Of a stretch of 64,000 nt of DNA, positions 27,866 to 41,694 are shown piece after piece. Below the pieces are notes generated by a model. The model was not told the origin of the DNA, did no database searches, and saw only the letters and a program-made list of their open reading frames with translations. Each line of letters begins with the position of its first letter. Position 1 is the stretch's first letter. Made by a program: the position numbers and the translations under genes. Source of the stretch: Lingula anatina (lineage: Eukaryota; Animalia; Brachiopoda); the NCBI GenBank assembly GCA_051362555.1, contig CM120646.1, positions 14,198,001-14,262,000 of the forward strand, written 5' to 3'.

Positions 27866-30837
27866 ATAGTGCTTTTGTTACTACCACATAACCAGATGCC
27901 AGACAGAACTCCAATTTGTTTTTAATACTGTTCTGGATGAAATAAATGCTGCGCAGTTAAGTCAGCTTTTTGTAGTGTTTTGCATACAACAAAGATACAG
28001 TTGCGCCTGAAAGACAGCCGATTCCAGCATTGAATTTGCTTTAGTTCTTCTCTCCTGATGCAAATACATATAGTATCGTGACAGGCGTATACGCCTCTTC
28101 TCATCAGAATGGTAACATATTAATTATGGATCGTATTAAAAACAATACCAGTGTATCAACAAACATTATCACAATGTTATCATTTGATGCCGTCAAAAAA
28201 ATCGATGTCTGTCCTTTTTTCTCTAATTAAACCGTTTTCTGTCGAAACCGAAATTTGACAAAAACAAATGAGTTTAATTCCCAAGGAGGGAAAATAAACA
28301 AACCCTAATATATCACTGTCTTTTGAATTAATAAAGTGCCTGTGTTTGCTGTAACCGTAACCTCATTAGAAGAGAAATCAACAGTGTCTGTTCCTTCTCA
28401 CGAATACCTAATTGCTTTCGTGGGTCATTCTGCTAATGCCTGATCGTAAGCTTCTTACCGGCTGAACATGCACTGACAGAACGTTTAAGTTTCTCGTTCT
28501 TTTTCAGTAAGGGTGTATCAGTTCAAATACCAGGCATATCTAGCTAGTAACTATCACGGGTACTAATGAAGAAAATTAACTTTTTTCGTTGCTGGATATA
28601 CTGAATTTTGTCTAATGGTTGCAAAACAAAAACATTTACTACCTGATCTGGTTTAAATATCGAAAGAGACAGCTATCGGTTTCTCTTCCTTAACCAACAA
28701 AAAATTACCCTGACAAATTGTCAAACCATCGAATAATCGGAGGCAATGTAATAACATTGTTTATTTTGTGTGAAAATGTAGGCAGGCCCGTAAAACAAAA
28801 AGTTACAGAAGGTTAGTCTACAGTGTATATGGTTGCACAATAGTGCGTGCGTCATGTTGTTGGAACGTTTTCGCAGACAGTGACTTCAGCTGAGTTATTT
28901 TCATTTTTCTTCAATTCCCAAGACTTCAGTAGGCTGGTGATGTCGCTGGGAGCAACAAAAATTGGAAGCTGTACAGCTTTTTTTGATTACGTCGAAACGC
29001 CTTGATATCCTAACTCTAAATGAAATGGTCTTACAGTCTAGTGCTCTAACTAAACTCCCATTTTGACGGGCATTTATCATTCAACTCCTGTTATCTGCAC
29101 AGTGCATTTAGAGAAAAACTGATGACTTCCAAGTAACGCGACGGCCCTGGCTACTTTTACCCTACATTGGTATCAGACGCAATGAGCAAACTGATCTAGA
29201 GGTGTTCATAGGCGGAAAAAGTGTCTGTCACATCTATGGTGAGACATTTATTTAAAAAAGGGGTGTTTTGATTTAGATTTTAGTACAGACCCCATAGGCT
29301 TCAAGGCTTACTGGAGAATCCTTCTTATCAGCAAGTTTTTACCATTGCCAATAACGCAAATGACCTTGAAACGACAAAGGCATGTTTGATAAAATAGGAG
29401 GGTTTCCAGTAATCTTTGAGAGTCAGGGCCTGCTTATTACCAGTCTGGAAAGTGACAACGTCTCTTGTTCTGGCACCTGTAGATATATGGCAGGTATGGG
29501 GATTGTATACAGGCACATAGAAAACCAGATATCATTGGCGCCAGTTGGCGATGCTCGCTTGCATAACAGGGAAGTAACTGCAAGAATGATGAACGGGACG
29601 CTCTCCTCCCTCCGACATTTTGTCAAAAATATCAGAGGCCGAGGCGAAAAATGATCAAGGCCCAAGGTTGTTAAAATTAAAATCCTTCCTGTTGTATGTA
29701 ATCTTCGGGCTTCCCACCTGTGTACTATCAGGATCGAGGGTTTTACACAATTTAACTTCCTTGCTCAGCTGACATTATCACCTTCTATTTCTACCCTTAT
29801 TAATCTAATTAAAATTGCATAGCAGGGTTTCGTTTTTCCTCATCGTCGCTAAAAGAAATCAATTTATATATATTGCTTGAAATTAAAACTTATACATAAG
29901 CTCGAATGCAGCAAAACCCGGAGAGCTTAAAGGAATACTGCTTATAAACATAGGCTACATAACTTTAAAAGCACCATGTATCACGCCCAATAAAATTAAT
30001 TCACTTGAATTAAACGATATTGTTTCTGTTTAACAATACCTATGATTTACACCCGTCGCCGGAAAATCTCTAAACTTAAAAGCTTTTTTTCTCCACAGAG
30101 GCTGTTTATTTGTTTTCCAATGATTGAAATTTGTGGTCAAAAATAAACAGGAAATATTATCGACAGACGCCGGCGGTGTATTGACTGCGTACAACAGAGC
30201 GCAATCTCCCTGCGAATATTGAAGCAATTTCGAACATCAAACCTATCTTCTCTCCCTGGTCCCATTAATTGGCTTTTCGGTAGAAAATGGACAGCATTCA
30301 CCAAGGGGATATATACCTCGTAGCCAAGGTGGATAAAATAAATCGCTGGTTATTTCAGTTAATTTAGGAGGTGATGTCCTTGTTATGAGACCTTTAATGA
30401 GGAAGAGGAACGCCTCGAGATTGTTCTGTATTTCACCCGTAGCGCGCATACACCTGTGTTTTTTTTTCTGGGATAATCCGGGAAAACCTTCACTGCGTGA
30501 CGTTAACGAGACTACAAAAACGCGTGAGTGTGACGTCACGCGGTGAGGTGGGGTTAACATTTTAACAAAAAGGATGAAACTCTATGAGTCTGAAATATGA
30601 AAGCGACACGGTGAATTTGCACTGTTGTGCAATAGACTGCAATTGCACAGAACTTTAGCCAAATCAACCAGAAAGATAGCCGTGGATGAATTTTGCCATT
30701 CTTTTTATCTTTGCCGCACTGCACTGCACTGTCTAGTCGGCGATTATTTCTTTTTTTTTCAAATTCAGCAAAATTACAGTTGCTGTTACATCATTCTTGA
30801 AGCTTTGAGATATTTCGGATGAATCTCATTGGCTATG

Positions 30838-30993
30838 TCGGTGTAACAGGAATGGTAGTCCACTAAGAACCGTAGTCAGTTCCCTAGTTTTGCTCAGGTG
30901 ACACTCATCCCATGTACTAACCCCAATACACCCACTAACCCTAACCTGTACTTATCATATGAGACCTGGACTTCAATCCCTAGGATTTCCATT
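30838..30993 (+). mobile_element. Solo, right-truncated copy of element family A
   Basis: Colinear similarity to 18648-18846 (CGGTGTAACAGGAATGG...ACTAACCCCAA...CCCTAACCTGTACT.ATCATATG...CCTAGGA.TTCCATT). Confidence 0.7.
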
Positions 30994-31404
30994 TAGCTGT
31001 CTCTCCGCTCAGGTTTCGAACAACTTTACAACCAATGAAATATCACCGAGGGCGTATACTTAATACACTTCAGTCAATATCCCTAGAAATCAATGGGAAA
31101 TTTTTGAAAATAATAGACTATTTAGAACGGGTTTTAAATATGATTACCCAAAGCACATGATTAGTTGCCTATACCAATTCAGTCAAAGTCGGAGGACAAA
31201 TTACGAAATGTGTACACTCTTTTGGATGTATTTGGAAAATAAATTCCGAGCGTATTGAAAGCTTTGACCAACGATAGAATTCAAGCTAATAACATTTCCA
31301 GGTGATGCTGTGAGAATGGCAGAATGCCAGCGCTAGGTGTCTCCGTTTCCTTCTCGTTTTGTTGTTTATTTAAAAAAAATGACAGTTATTCTATAAGCGT
31401 TTTA

Positions 31405-31479
31405 GGCTTCGTTCACATGGAAAGTCTATAGAATAGAAAATAGATTTTTAGAAAATAGACATTCCATATGAACGAAGCC
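31405..31479. mobile_element. 75-bp minimal MITE, PIF/Harbinger-like
   Basis: 25-bp TIRs GGCTTCGTTCACATGGAAAGTCTAT / ATAGACATTCCATATGAACGAAGCC with TTA target duplication on both sides. Confidence 0.8.
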
Positions 31480-34400
31480 TTAATGCCCCAAAGTCGTATG
31501 TCCTACGCGTATGAAAATCCTGAAGAGCGTCCTTTCTTTCCCAATTCTGACATAAACAATTATTTAAAAAAACTTCAAATGAAATTTTGTCTGCGTTCCT
31601 AATGTCGATATTTCTTTCTGAGCTCAATCTGTCAGACGGTAGTGTGAACGGGGCATCAAATCTAAACCAGTCGTGATTCGTTTAGAAAGTTGCTTAATCA
31701 GAAATTGTATATCAGAAATTGTGAAACCAAGTGCTAAGACGGGGCGAGCAACGAATCGTTAAAACATGTAGGAAAAAGTTTTATTGAGGAAAATTAGAAT
31801 TAGAGAGAAACTCCGGTAGAAAACATATTTAACACTCCCGTTTCAGTACACGGTGTTCAAGATTCTAGTTATCAATCTTCATAAGGTCGACAAACAGTAA
31901 ACCACTTAAGGTCAGTGCTGCATTTGACCCTTAAATCTGGCTATAAAAATAATTCATTTATGGTTTTCGCTAAAACGTTTTGACCATATGCCCTTCCTTC
32001 GCCGCATTACTTGGCTATAATGGCAGGGTTGAACTAGACCAAAACCTCTAGAAATAACGGAACAGATGGATGTAGCACGTTACTGTCCAAACATAATGTC
32101 TTCTAAACAAAAACAATCTGGACATTTCGGTAAACATGCAATAAAATGTGTTCCATGGTATTTATGTGCTTCATCCTATAATGAACAAGTCACTTAATGC
32201 CTAATATAATAATAATAAAAAACACTTCATAAGCTAATTTTATCAATGAATCACCAAATTATTCATCAAAGTGTGTTTTGAATGCTGGAGTGCAAAAACT
32301 GGTCCACTTTGATGATGCGCAAACTGTTTAGCAATGTGTTACCCCTGTTAGCGACAGCGCGGCTACAGAATTACACACACCGAGGTACGCATATCGTCTG
32401 TTTATCTCCTGCCATCATCAGGTTCGGGGGTTCTAACGGCCCGTACGACGGATAAACGCCGTGTTTTGGGATAGCGAATTATCTCGGTGCCCTGCTTCTC
32501 CCTTAATACTTTTCTATTATTATTATTATTTTTCTTGTCAATGACAGGCCGTGGCGTTATTGCATGTACTTGGACATGTTTAGCAGTACACAATTGCTGT
32601 GAAACGAGTGTGCGAAAATAAAATATCATTTTGAAAATAAGATAAGAACAGAAAGAAGAAAAAATAAATAACGATTACAATTTTTAAAATGGCATGTAAT
32701 GATTCGGCAAATAATATATGAAATCAAATTGTAATCGTTGATATTTCCTCATAATCAGATGATAAGATGTGGCACGTTGTAAGAGATACGAGTAAGTTAC
32801 ATAGCGCGTCTTTAAGTCTTCGACATGTGAAATATGACATTCTCAAGATGCTCTTCTTCAAGCAAAATGTACACCTACCAAATAACTTAATTTTGATGTA
32901 TATCTTGTCAATTCAATCTATTTTATAATAAAAGATAAAAGGAGAGAGAGAGAAAGAGTGACTTTATTGACTCACCGTATTCGAAGCTGTATTGACAGCT
33001 ACCAATCCTCTTTGATAGGTTCTTGGAGTAATCTTCACCTTGAGAAAAGTAGACTGGAACCAAAACAGAAGAAATATACATGCAATCCGAGAAGAACTAA
33101 TTGGCAATAACATTTAAGAACACGCACATTTAGAGTAGAAATACACACATCACCACACACGCACGTACTCGCACACTTACGGGTATATACTGAGTTCTCA
33201 TATACTTTACTTTGCCACGCAACCTTTTCCTAGTCTTCCCAATGTCGAACAGCTGGCTTCCTACAATATCAGTACACGCTGGCTTCTAGTGCTACTACAT
33301 CCGGGAATTGTACAAATATCGCTCCGTAGACCACAGCTTCATTAAAACCACTATTGCTCAATGGAGAAAGATGCCTTTGCTGGCATTCAAACGTATCACA
33401 GCAACGTACACATTCGTATTGGTTTAAAAATCTAGCCAATAAATATTCACGGTATTTTGATATGCGGTACGTGAAAACACCTGCATGAATCCATGTCAGT
33501 TTCTTTCATAATCTACCACCCTGAGTTTTAGTGATTTCTGGAAACTAATCGTCAATTTTTTGCACGTGCCGTGATAATCCAATTTAACTGTCATGCTTGA
33601 GCCTCGGGGTACAAATTACCAGCAGTACAAAGCTTAACGGACCCATTAGCTTGCGTAAGATTGTTATCACCTATGACTTACGAACCTAAACTGCACTTAA
33701 CCGTGTTCCAAGAAGATGATACTCTCCAATCAACCTTTAAACTATAGTCTACTTAATACTCAGTGGCACTAATGTGGTTCCACCCACTGGTGAGAAAGCG
33801 TTTGTTTTCCTTACTTATTAATGCTTTAATCATTAAAAGCTGCTAAAGATAAAAAAGATGTGTCCGTTCAGTTTTTTATGGGGCTGTACTTACAACAAGC
33901 AATAGCCCTAAAACACGCTCCCATGTTCTTGTGTAAATAAGGCAATATTTGTTGTGTCAACATTTTGTTTTTTATCAGTAAATTCTTAGAACGAAGGAAT
34001 TAAGCGATCCAATAAGGCATGCGTTTCTTTCAGACTCTTTTTGAAAGACTCACAGTGGCGATATTCGCTCTTTTTTTTTTTTGTACAATCTAAATATTGC
34101 CCTGGCTTGCTTCTTTCAAGCCGGAACTGACAGATAAACCTTTTTCGCGTAAAAATATATATATATAAAATTGCGTAGTTAGCTACATGTACGCCCGTTA
34201 CTGTGGTGATAAGGCTCTAACTGAATCACCCACTTCTCGGCTTCATTCCTGTTATAATTTACAAAAAGAGTTAACAAATAAATATTCCAAAGAGGGCGCG
34301 GTAATTTCATTGTAAATTGTTTTCGAGGGCATCCACCTCGATGTTAGCACATATACAAGTTACAGTCAATATAACTTGAAACGTTTTACGTCCTCTTCGT

Positions 34401-35281
34401 TAAAAACTAGTGCGAGAATAAAAGCGGTATAAGCGCTGTACAAAAAGTGTGCTGAAGTGTTGTTTGTCATAACTGCTTTCATCCCATTCTGTCGCTTTTC
34501 ACAGATGTTGTATTTCCGATATGACATGAAGAACATATCGTTTCCTGTTATTATCAAAGGCGAGCATCATTAATGGTTCTACAGATGTGACAATTGAGTT
34601 GTTCCAAACATCCTCTTTCGTCATCTATTACCACACTCTTTATTCTGCACGTGGGAGTAAACATCACACTTAAACTGCTTCAAGAAAAATAATAATAATA
34701 AAGAGATCTGTTTTTAAGAAGCTAAATACTACTAAAATTAACTGCAGTTCCCACATTTTAAGTCTGAAAATGGGTCAATTTTACTTCTTTAACTTAAATA
34801 ATATACAAAATAAGATTGAATAGAATAAAGCAAAAAATCAAGATAAATAAAATGATAATAATACCAATAATTATAAATGTGGTTTTTCACAAAGGTAGTG
34901 AACAAGGGTCCCTCTCACATTATTTCGATTTGCGGCTAATTAACTTTCCCCCATTTTTATGTTCAAAATTGGTCTATTCAACGTACCAGTAATATTATTT
35001 AAAAGCTGCTAACAATGCTTAACGTTGTTGGCAGATGGAGCACTGACATTGTTATCGAAAAGGTGGAACGAAGCCATAAATCAGGGGCGGATTATATTAA
35101 ATTACGAGTATTTACTTGCTGTCTTGTCTGGGTCACATTGATAACGAGGACAACGCATTGTCTATATTAAAACGATTTATCAAAAATTACTGTCATAAGA
35201 CAGAGAGCATCTAACTTTACTTTGGAAGTACACCAGTTTTCTTTGTCATCCAATGCTAAATTGTTCGTGAGAAATGTATGT

Positions 35282-35313
<32 letters not shown>

Positions 35314-36533
35314 GTGAATCAACAAACTAAGAGAAACTGAGCGGTGGATTGTGGTTGCTGTGCTGCATGACCGACAGAATGTTGCAGTTGACTCAAAAGT
35401 ATCAACCTGTGTTAGATTTTCAATTTTTTTTCTTCGTGTAAAGACAGCAATGAAATAACACAGGCATTGGCATAGATACTTTTCCCCGACACTTACCGTT
35501 TTATAACCAGGTCATCATCATATTACAGGTGCGTAAAAAGCAAAATTTAAGTGAGGGAGCTAGCTATTGTGGATTCCCCTAATCTTTCCTGTTTCCTGTG
35601 CTAATATATATATATGATTAAGCTGTTTGAAAAAATGAGCTCCCATGCAACCTCCCCCGTCGCTTATGTTCTACGGGGACATGGAACAAGTACTGTACTA
35701 ATGAACATTCTGTACTAAGACTAATAAATATGGTAATCTAGATTTAATCTTATTATCCATTCTCTTCAATACTATCTATAGGAGGTGCAGCCAATATAGG
35801 AAAACAATTATATAAAATATGATTAATCATTATTATTTTTGATTATTTATTATTACTCACTGATGAGAAGTCGGAATAGTCCTCCACAGTTTCAGATACA
35901 TTTTCAAACACCCCCACACACTTCGTTTTCTTTGTAAAATAAGTCTAGTTCTTATTACAGCTGCTCACCTAAATATTGCTGCAAGATTCGACGGCTATTT
36001 GTAGCCAATTTTCACAAGTGATAATTAGAAAACCAATGAAAAAACACTGCGTTGGTTAATCCTTATCCGAACAAAAAACGGAAAAGAGGTCATTTTCCAA
36101 TGGAAGTGGAAATCATTTTAGTTCGGAATCCTTCTATTTGTTATATATTTTATTTTTATAGCCTTTTCGCACCATTACCAGACATTGGACACATTTGAAT
36201 GTAACAAACTGGCTGAAATACTCCTACCTTATTTTCAAAAAACTGATTCATACTAGAAAATGGGCTTAAGGGTCAACACAGCGTCCACATTTTATTTTGA
36301 CTAATTGAACACGCCTCAATATATATCTTAATAAACGATACTTAGAGATCGTATCTCACAATGCTATAAAGCATTAAGGGAGATGTATTACGGTAAAATA
36401 TTGGCGCTACCGTTGGCGGCCCGGTTCACCAGACTGGTAATAACAAATGTTCCAAGGGCGAGCACCCACGCGCCGAGGTTAGATATGGCCTCATGAAGCC
36501 CTCTGACCTCGGACAACCACTTTTTACGCTCGC

Positions 36534-36570
<37 letters not shown>

Positions 36571-37473
36571 AGGTTTTCTATTCCTTTTTTGCCTCTGCAG
36601 GACATTTTCCGGGGGGGGGGGGGGGGGGGGGGGGGGGCTGTACAGGTGTGCTCCAATTACTCCATTTAAACCATTACATTTATTAAATAATTTATCGTGT
36701 TTTTAAAACAATTTTAAAACAATGTACTTGTACTTCTCGTCGTAATCCACACCGTACTGTACACTGACTGGTATTTAACAAGATCTTGAAGATTTTATGA
36801 TATATCTTGTAAATCGAATGACAAGTTGCACCTATTTCCTCTTCTTATCACAAGCAAGCAAACAACGACCTGGTGAATTGTACAAATAAAAAAAAGATCG
36901 TTCAAAACCAAAATTAAAATCGATTAAACCCAAATAAACTAATACATGCAATGCTATTGATATATCTGAATGATTTGTTTCTCTCGTTCAGTAACCATAA
37001 AACGCTCAAGCCAACCTACGGTGAAAAAAATACACGCCATACAAATAAGACAATCCGAATTATTTGCTGTTCACTTAAGGTGAATATTTTACAAGCCCAG
37101 CCCGTCATTTTGTGACCCTCCCCCAATATATGTGTCTCGTTCTTCACGCCTACGCAATAAACTAATCTCCCGTGAAAATCAATTCGAACCTGTGTTTGTG
37201 GTAACGGACGTGTATCTCAGGCGTAAACTGATATTCAGTTAATGTCACAGTCATTCAATAAATTTACCATGAGATACAGCAGTTTGAACAAGAAATTTAC
37301 TATTGTTCATGAAATACATGTCGTCTCGTTATACGGGGTATTTTACGGGCGACAGCATGGCATGAAATAATTGCATGTTTAAATAGGTGGCTTCTTTTAA
37401 ACCTGTCTGCTGAGATTGGATAAACTAAAACATATCTTCTTTGCTAGACAGATGTCATAGATACTGTAGTTCA

Positions 37474-37646
37474 ACGGCGTTATGTACCAGAGGGTCCCCC
37501 CGATGAAAGATCCTGTTCCCATTCATTTGTATATATAAGCCCCGGCCTGCATTTTGACCCACTAGCGTCAAGTTTACCCTAACCTGTATGAATCTAAGGG
37601 GAAGCGGTACCTCTGTTATGCGGACTGTCACTTTCTTTACGACAGG
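37474..37646 (+). mobile_element. Diverged copy of element family B
   Basis: Similarity to 18843-19012 (ATGTACCAGA..GTCCCCC...TTCCCATTCATTTG...ATTTTGA...ACCCTAACC). Confidence 0.6.
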
Positions 37647-38329
37647 GACCTAAAAAGCCTCCCTCCCTTTACTGCTATCCAGTTCCTAGTAGAAGTCAGT
37701 TGTGCTCTAAGTGAACATGTATTTATGTCTACTGTCTTTTACCATACATGCTCCTAAATGAGCATGTCCTAAATCTAGAATGATTCGACATACAAAACTG
37801 AATGACATGACGAACACCACGCATATTTGACTACACCTAGATCACATTCCTACACATAGTATATACGGAACTCCGTATCAGTTGCATTTTTTCGTAAAGT
37901 ACGATTATATAATTGGGCTGTTTGGCCCATAATTTGGGCCATGCTAATATCGGGTTTGCACGCAGAGGTATAGCCTACATGTACAGAATACATACCCCTT
38001 AAGGCTTCTACTAGACGTGCTCTCAATGCCCCAATCCTGTAACTGGCCGGGACGAAAACAACGAATGAATCGCATTTATTCGTATTTTAATTTAGTAAAA
38101 TTGGCAGAGTAGGATATTTCCGGAGCACGAGAAACATCTACTGTAGCTGTGGTTTGTCACATACCCATTGTGAAGAGAGACATTGGCTGATAAAGGCAGT
38201 ATTAATTTTAATTTTAGTTTTGGAGTCTTGTGACCATGGGCTTGTTTGGCAGCTCTCCCTTCTTCCCTTAGCCTGCCTCCCCCCCCCAAACGTCCATTCG
38301 TTTTCTAATCCCAAACTCTCTCTCCAGTC

Positions 38330-38330
<1 letters not shown>

Positions 38331-38379
<49 letters not shown>

Positions 38380-38421
38380 GACTCTTCCTCTCATCTGCTC
38401 TCTCTCCTCCTTTATACTCAG

Positions 38422-38473
<52 letters not shown>
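38331..38473. repeat. Two (CT)n microsatellite blocks
   Basis: Direct reading. Confidence 0.95.
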
Positions 38474-38475
<2 letters not shown>

Positions 38476-39257
38476 GAACATCGCTGTACACTGTACATAA
38501 TGGCTGTTCACATCATTCTTTCTTTCAAAACTATAATCCGCCTACCTGTAAACGACCCACTTTTTCATGACATCGTGGAGTAACATACCGCTTATAGCCT
38601 TGTTGACTTAACATGGAACATCTAACATGGAACACCTTAACCTTAACCTTAACCTCGCAGCGTTCCTTAAAATGATTTTAAAATGACATAGACCTACTAG
38701 TACACATTCACTGCACAAGCGTAGACATCTACCAGTACATAATGTACAAGTACTCACCTGAGGCTTTATCTACCAATGGGACTGTCAAAGCGACACATTC
38801 AAGTTACAAACTGGGGACTGACCGGTCTAATAATAGAAGGCCGTTTCCTGACGAGTCCCAATCCCTCTTCCTTTGTTTGAAAGCACAAGTTTTATACGTC
38901 ACACACACCATTCAAGTCCAGGTCGAACGAGAGGTTAAAAACTTTATGAATGCTTCCCAGTTTTATATCTATGAGGTACGTTGTACTAGTACACGGTGGG
39001 GAGACCACAATCATATGAATTATTAGTGGCGTGTGATATTAGAGCACTTAAATTAGTCATTAAAGCACACGGGCATGCAGAGACAAGCGCTGTATATGGT
39101 GTTAAATTAATAATGTTTCAAGGCTAATTAATGCAAAGGGACCAGGGGCCATTATTCAGATTATTAAATGTTGATGCAGGCTGAGAGGTGTTAATCTCTT
39201 AAATTAAGTTAATACGAAATGAATAATGCATTGGTAGGTCCAAGTGGAGGTATGGCT

Positions 39258-39290
<33 letters not shown>

Positions 39291-40008
39291 CCGCATCAGA
39301 TACGCTAACAAGCAATGACCTGCCTTATTATTTCAATATCAAGGTCGGTCTTAAGCGTCGTTAAATACGGTAATTATATGTACACAAAACGACATCTGTG
39401 CTTCTCACCTCACCATATTAATTCCCTGTAGCTGAATAAACGAATACTACGCATCCAGTCATAAAAGTCGTCTTAAATCTAGCACAAATAGTGCCGTGAT
39501 GTCCTCAACGGTCAAGCTAGTCGTCCCCCAAAGTTTATTTGAATGTCACACTGCACTGTCTATTATGGTAGAAGGTCCCACGTCTACCACAGTGACAAAG
39601 CTAAACACACCACGGTCGGAAATCACACTTCACTACACACTGAATCATATCAGTTCATCGCAGTAACTGTGTACGTTTCTCTGTCCTTATGTCAGCTTAG
39701 GCTTTAGTAAACTAGACAGGTCGCCCTATTCAGGGTATTACTGTTACCCTTAAGAGGGTGATAAATTAATGAGAAAACATATCAAGTGGCGTTTATATTG
39801 CAATGTTTCTTACCTTATCGGATTGCGGGGTCTGTTTTCTACCGCGTGCAAAGGGTGATTACTTAAGAGGCCTCTTTTAAGTGCCGGAGGACACATGCGT
39901 GACATGAGTGGTAGTTGTTATTATTATGAAATCGACATACGGTGTATGCATAAATGAAAAACGGCTGGGGTTTACATTGAGCAGTGACGACTGAGTGCAG
40001 AGTAAAGA

Positions 40009-40058
<50 letters not shown>

Positions 40059-41694
40059 TGGCGATCGAAGGTGTGTGCCTTGGGCGTTACTTCGTTTATT
40101 ACCGAAAGGCAACGCCCCTAAAAAGGGTCGCCAGTATGTGCATGTGTGTGTGTTTTTTATTAACCGTCTGATTTCTGTGTTGTGTCCAAACAGTTACTTT
40201 TTATAACACGGTTTGAAAATATAAAAATTCAAATAACACGTGTTTCGGGCTCCACTCTATGCGGTCATTATTTTGCCCCCACCCCAACACCTACCGGTAA
40301 AGTACACTGAGGATAATATGATGCAATCTCGGGATATTTAGTAATTCTTTCATATAAATAATAATGGGTTGAGAGTGGAGTGGGACACTTATCCTGCTTC
40401 CTCTTACAGTTGTTAGTTGTGTCAGTACTTCAAAACTCGTTTTTCTTGACGACTAAAAACAGATGTGAACGTCCGTGGTATGTTTTGACATTTACACGAA
40501 CTTGTTTTTAACATCTTAAAGGCATTCGCCGTACATGTACTTACAGTACCCTCTACCAGGACCACAGATTGATTTTTCTCTGGATATTCACAGATAATGA
40601 CCCTGGTTAAATTGACCGTTCTTCTCTGCACTGTCGCGTCAGAGAAAAATTCCACATATATGTAATATATACTATGCGGCCCGGGTAGAGGATATGCTTA
40701 CAGCACTATAATTTGATCATGGGCATCAGGACTTGAGAAGGAAAAATAACTTGTATCAAATGATTAATTATTTCCTTTAATTTCCGAATTCATTAAAACT
40801 ACATATTTATAATCATTGTACATGTAGTCTCTCGTATCTTTGCTACTTTGATTATAATGCGAGAAAAGTTGTATTCAAGTCTAAAAAATGGAATACTCAG
40901 ATCTAATGATGGAAGTTAAAAGCTACATTTTTAAAGCCACTTTGCATGTATACTGGAGAAACATTGAATAAACGAATATGAATGTTAATTTAAAAAAATA
41001 TTGATCTGAACAGATTATACAGCACAAGACAGTGCTTTCCCACAGTGACAGGGTAAGCCTTTAACGGCTCAGCTAAGCTAGCGAAAAACAAACTAGTCCT
41101 ATTTATTATTGAGATTGCTATAATCGGCTTAAATTGGGTAAAACATGAGCGACATACCCAACACCGATTGAGCGTTTTAATAAGATGCAGTGACACATCT
41201 CCTCGTGAAGACCTCGTTTTCAGCTATCTACATACTCCTAAGTGATTATACAACTAAGCATTTTAAAAATTTTTCTGTTCAATTCTACATGTATGTGTAC
41301 AACGGTGATTGTCGAAAAAATAATGTCTTTTCTTTTTCTGATACCTGGTTTTATCAATTCGACACATTTGCGTTTATGCGTATTTTTAAATTTTGCGTTT
41401 ACAGAATTTTTCCCATTTGTGAAGTACTTTTCAAATTCACATATTTCTGTGCATGGGTCACGAACAAGCGGAAAAGCATATTATGCAAGTTTATTCTGTA
41501 ACATGTTCGATTACAAATTTACGCAATTGGCTATCACTGTAGGTCGTAAAAATATTTTACCGTGGTTAAGTAGGCCCCAAACAAGATAAGCACAGACAAC
41601 GTTTGGACTTCGTTCGAATGGCCAGTCAATCTTGCATAGATGTTGAGTCGATTAGAAAAACCTTGCTATCCAGTGTCTGGATTCAAAGCTCAGT

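Noticed and set aside
38092-38570. ORFs with ER/SL dipeptide runs (also 9169-9465, 36426-36656)
   Set aside because: Translations of (CT)n/(CA)n microsatellites
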